Of a DNA stretch of 20,000 bases, positions 17,315-20,000 are shown in pieces. How positions within the stretch are numbered: position 1 is the stretch's first letter; every line of letters begins with the position of its first letter. The stretch lies in the IMG/VR virus record IMGVR_UViG_3300026479_000008; one strand, given 5' to 3'. The position numbers and the translations under genes are program-made. This stretch comes from an uncultured virus (IMG/VR IMGVR_UViG_3300026479_000008) (lineage: Duplodnaviria; Heunggongvirae; Uroviricota; Caudoviricetes). The notes under the pieces were generated by a model, which worked only from the letters and a program-made list of their open reading frames with translations, did no database searches and had not been told where the DNA came from.

Positions 17315-17405
17315 TACTCCCTAACCCCCAAGATTGGGCTTCTGAGATGACAAGTGTTCGCTTGCGCAATCGATGAGGTCCTTTCTTATTTTTTAGGGGA
17401 TAGTA
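17315..17405 (+). other. Long intergenic hairpin with tandem G-A motif
   Basis: TACT-CCCTAA/TTAGGG(GAT)AGTA, AAGA/TCTT, GGGCTT/AGGTCC, CTGA opposite GATG, GAT/ATC and CAAG/CTTG. Confidence 0.45.
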
Positions 17406-17435
17406 ACTTTTCTAATATTTTAAATATAATTACTT

Positions 17436-17906
17436 ATGAAACAACTCTTAACAATCTTATCACTAACCATTCTCCCTTTACTATGCACAGCTCAATTAAA
17501 TAATAATATCTGGAAGGCTTCTGCCATACAGGGAATTGCCGGCTTCTCGGACGGTGCCAACCAAGCATACTTATATCACTACTATAATAGTGGCAAATTC
17601 GAGAAATGGGGGATCAGGCCCAATACCGAGGCTTGGAAGAACAAGTGGGTAGTAGACTCAGATGGTCATGTAAGGGTCGGTGAGGAGCGGTTTTGGCTTT
17701 CGAGTAGATCTCTAGTATTCCTTACCGATTTCAACCATGCATCCCGATTCATTAAACACCGGGCCAATGAAGCAACCATGCTAGTATACGCCGTTGGTCA
17801 TGGTGCCAAGACTAAGAAATGGTATTGGTACCTAGCAGATACCGCAATAATGTTTACAGCTAGATCTATAGGCTTCTATGGTAGCTATAACCTCGTTTTT
17901 AAATAA
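17436..17906 (+). CDS. Exported or membrane protein with N-terminal signal peptide (156 aa)
   Basis: MKQLLTILSLTILPLLCTA-Q signal peptide (Gln at +1 is common in Bacteroidota); Trp-rich. Confidence 0.75.
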   Translation: MKQLLTILSLTILPLLCTAQLNNNIWKASAIQGIAGFSDGANQAYLYHYYNSGKFEKWGIRPNTEAWKNKWVVDSDGHVRVGEERFWLSSRSLVFLTDFNHASRFIKHRANEATMLVYAVGHGAKTKKWYWYLADTAIMFTARSIGFYGSYNLVFK

Positions 17907-17914
17907 GGGGGGGA

Positions 17915-17983
17915 TTGTTAATAACTTTTGAAAAATAGGCAGCCTAGAATTTTTATTTGTCGCCGGAAATGCTTATATTAGTA
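17915..17983 (+). promoter_or_regulatory. Class I promoter repeat with upstream TTGTTAATAACTTT
   Basis: Core TTGTCGCCGGAAATGCTTATATTAGTA at 17957-17983. Confidence 0.85.
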
Positions 17984-18017
17984 GTATACTAATCAAGTTA
18001 ATTAAAACATCCACATT

Positions 18018-18476
18018 ATGTACATCAAAGAAAATAACCACGCCCTCACTAACGGTCCAACCTTCACAATCGAACAAAACATTGGCGGTAAAATGCACAA
18101 ATTCCACACTAGCGATTATGGCTTTGAGTGGGATGTAGAATATGACTATAGAGTCGTTACTAAGTGTAGAGCCGGTTTCTTTACTATCTCTGATGGTAAA
18201 TCTAGTCTTAAAAACCTGGTTAACAGATACCAGAAGAATGCTCTTCATACAATTGAACTTAAGTCTACCCACCCTGGGTCTGATACTTATCTTACTGCCC
18301 TGGCTCTTAAAGCTGGTAAATTCGTAACGGTAGCTAATTGTATTATCGAGAATATTGAGATTGGAACCATTCACAGTTCATTCCCTAAGATGGCCGATCA
18401 TGGTCACTGGAAAGCAATTGGATCTAAGACTTGGGCCGATAACGCCTATAGTCTTGATGTCCACAACTGGTTCTAA
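18018..18476 (+). CDS. Hypothetical protein (152 aa)
   Basis: ORF between two promoter repeats. Its leader AAACATCCACATTATG is nearly identical to that of the next gene. Confidence 0.8.
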   Translation: MYIKENNHALTNGPTFTIEQNIGGKMHKFHTSDYGFEWDVEYDYRVVTKCRAGFFTISDGKSSLKNLVNRYQKNALHTIELKSTHPGSDTYLTALALKAGKFVTVANCIIENIEIGTIHSSFPKMADHGHWKAIGSKTWADNAYSLDVHNWF

Positions 18477-18485
18477 AAATAAATC

Positions 18486-18545
18486 GAAAATAAACAGCTA
18501 AATATTTTTTTATCTCAGATATTTTGCTTATATTAGTATAGTAAT
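18486..18545 (+). promoter_or_regulatory. Class I promoter repeat (variant core)
   Basis: GAAAATAAACAGCTAAATATTTTT is shared with the 15.6 kb copy, followed by TGCTTATATTAGTATAGTAAT. Confidence 0.8.
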
Positions 18546-18564
18546 TAATTAAACATCCACAATT

Positions 18565-19641
18565 ATGCAAAAGTACACCTTTAAAAAATCCGGCAAAGAT
18601 TACAAACTTGCAAACATCAATTCAAAAGAAACACTTACGGTGGGAACTGATCATCCAAAGCACTCCTGGTTGGCCAAACATTCAGGACGTATAGTAACAA
18701 TTACAGATACGCGTTGGTCATCTAGTAAAGACTACCAAGGCCACTACAAGCAAACGGTGAGCCCTAGTAAGATGAATATTAAGTTGTCTAAGTTGGACGA
18801 CCTCAACATTAACCAAGACCTGTTCAAGCCAATGGCTACTGGAACCTCATTTGACAAATTTGTAAGTCAAGATGGTGGTTTTATGCCAGGTTCTAATATC
18901 ATGGCAGCAGGAGCCCCAGGTATTGGTAAGACTACTGTCCTGTTAGACCTCTTAAGCAACTTGCATGAAGCTGGTAAATCAGTCCTATTCATCTCGGCTG
19001 AAATGTCTCAAATCGACATGGCCAGATACCTACAAAGATTCCCTAACTGGGGTCAATTACCAATTCTCTTCCTTGCAGACTATACCGACTCATGTCCAAA
19101 GACAGTTATCGAATCCGTACTTAACCAGGGATGGGACCTAGTACTTACCGATTCATACACCGAAGTAAATGACTCTGTAAAAGAAGCTTGTGGTCTAACC
19201 CGAGGTAAAACAGAAAAATGGTTCCTTGACCTGATGATCGCCCACAACAAAGGCAAGAATAAACCCAAAAAATACACTACTTTCGTTACTATCTTGCAAT
19301 TATCAAAAGGTGGCCAGTTCGTTGGATCAAATAAACTAAAACACATGACCACTTCGATGATGCACTTAGACTGGGATGGCCAAGAAAACTCTGGTAGAAG
19401 GTATATGGAGTTCTCAAAGAACCGAGTAGGCCAAGTAGGTAAAAAACTGTATTTTGACCTAGAAGGTGGAGTCTCTTTCGACGAGGCCAGATACGCCCGA
19501 GACCTATTTAATGATCAAATCGTCCAGGAAGAGAGAAAAGCACTAGATGGAGAAGCAGATGCATTCGATGCTCTATTTGGCCTAGGAGCCGAAACAGACG
19601 CCTCTGACGAAATAGACGAAACTAGCGCTCTAGAGGTATAA
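18565..19641 (+). CDS. RadA/Sms-like RecA-superfamily ATPase lacking the C4 zinc finger and Lon-like domain (358 aa)
   Basis: TG..FD....GGFMPGS, Walker A GAPGIGKTT, LFISAEMS, Walker B VLTDS, Q.SKGG..VGS..LKH and KNRVG (compare RadA KNRFG). Confidence 0.85.
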   Translation: MQKYTFKKSGKDYKLANINSKETLTVGTDHPKHSWLAKHSGRIVTITDTRWSSSKDYQGHYKQTVSPSKMNIKLSKLDDLNINQDLFKPMATGTSFDKFVSQDGGFMPGSNIMAAGAPGIGKTTVLLDLLSNLHEAGKSVLFISAEMSQIDMARYLQRFPNWGQLPILFLADYTDSCPKTVIESVLNQGWDLVLTDSYTEVNDSVKEACGLTRGKTEKWFLDLMIAHNKGKNKPKKYTTFVTILQLSKGGQFVGSNKLKHMTTSMMHLDWDGQENSGRRYMEFSKNRVGQVGKKLYFDLEGGVSFDEARYARDLFNDQIVQEERKALDGEADAFDALFGLGAETDASDEIDETSALEV

Positions 19642-19653
19642 TCCTAAAATTTG

Positions 19654-19830
19654 CTCTCCGGAGCACCCTGGGCCTAATATTGGTCCTGGAGAGAGGTAGG
19701 AGTGGATGCTTACCTCTCGGAGGGGGTAGAGTGTCTTGCCTCGGGTGTCTGTTGTGATACCGATGTTTGATTTTGGTACTAGGCAACCCACACATGCAAG
19801 AAAGGCTCTATATATTCCTCTACCCCCGCG
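19654..19830 (+). other. GC-rich structured non-coding region (may extend past the window end)
   Basis: Stems: GAGAGGTAGG/CTTACCTCTC (19691-19718), GGGGGTAGAG (19722-19731)/CTCTACCCCC (19818-19827), inner TCTTGC/GCAAGA. No ORF of 60 aa or more. Confidence 0.45.
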
Positions 19831-20000
19831 GGCCTGTAGAGGCTAGTGTTGGCTTATCTTATGGTTTATAGAGGAGGTCGGTTTCCCTTTCTGCTTGTTG
19901 CTCCCATGGCCTGGAGGACCAGGGAAGGCTCCAATCCTGTGGAAGACCCATCCATAGACTACCATTCAAGTGTTGCCTATCTAATTGTTTAACATGGACT

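Noticed and set aside
17341..17380. Hammerhead ribozyme
   Set aside because: CUGAGA does not fit CUGANGA, and there is no GAAA core strand.
14514..18545. CRISPR array interpretation of the recurring 27-nt repeat
   Set aside because: Intervals are hundreds to thousands of bases long and contain whole genes. The repeat always sits just before start codons, and no cas genes are present.
2152..19352. Remaining short ORFs antisense to or nested in called genes (e.g. 3453-3755, 7559-7804, 8810-9151, 10824-11171, 13232-13564, 17973-18374, 19080-19352)
   Set aside because: They overlap better-supported genes on the opposite strand and have no motifs or upstream promoter elements.
1..20000. Stop-codon reassignment as in some Bacteroidota phages
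   Set aside because: Conserved genes are full-length in the standard code, and TAG (clpC) and TGA (65 aa gene) serve as normal stops.

Overview
AT-rich segment that looks like part of a large (jumbo-type) phage genome, probably infecting a Bacteroidota host. The host call is inferred from the lack of Shine-Dalgarno sites, A-rich leaders, a Bacteroidota-style ClpP and lipoprotein, and a TAnnTTTG-like promoter box. The left arm (1-13.8 kb) runs on the minus strand. It encodes two probable virion/fibre proteins, ClpP, a GT25 glycosyltransferase, a small UVR-motif protein, a thymidylate-synthase-fold enzyme with dCMP-hydroxymethylase signatures, a ClpC lacking its N-domain, a YkuK-like RNase H-fold protein, a LOG-family protein and a lipoprotein. 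The right arm (14.3-19.6 kb) runs on the plus strand. It holds small early-type genes, tRNA-Arg(UCU), an HExxH peptidase, a DUF932-like protein and a truncated RadA-like ATPase, many of them behind near-identical promoter repeats. Three recurring upstream motif classes can be read directly from the sequence. GC-rich repeated or structured non-coding blocks lie at about 12.6-12.8 kb, 13.87-14.24 kb (the strand switch), 17.3-17.4 kb and 19.65-20 kb. The best leads are a putative cytosine-hypermodification unit, the repeat-bounded early-gene cassette array, a minimal phage ClpCP system and candidate ncRNAs. All family calls come from motif recognition by eye; no searches were run.
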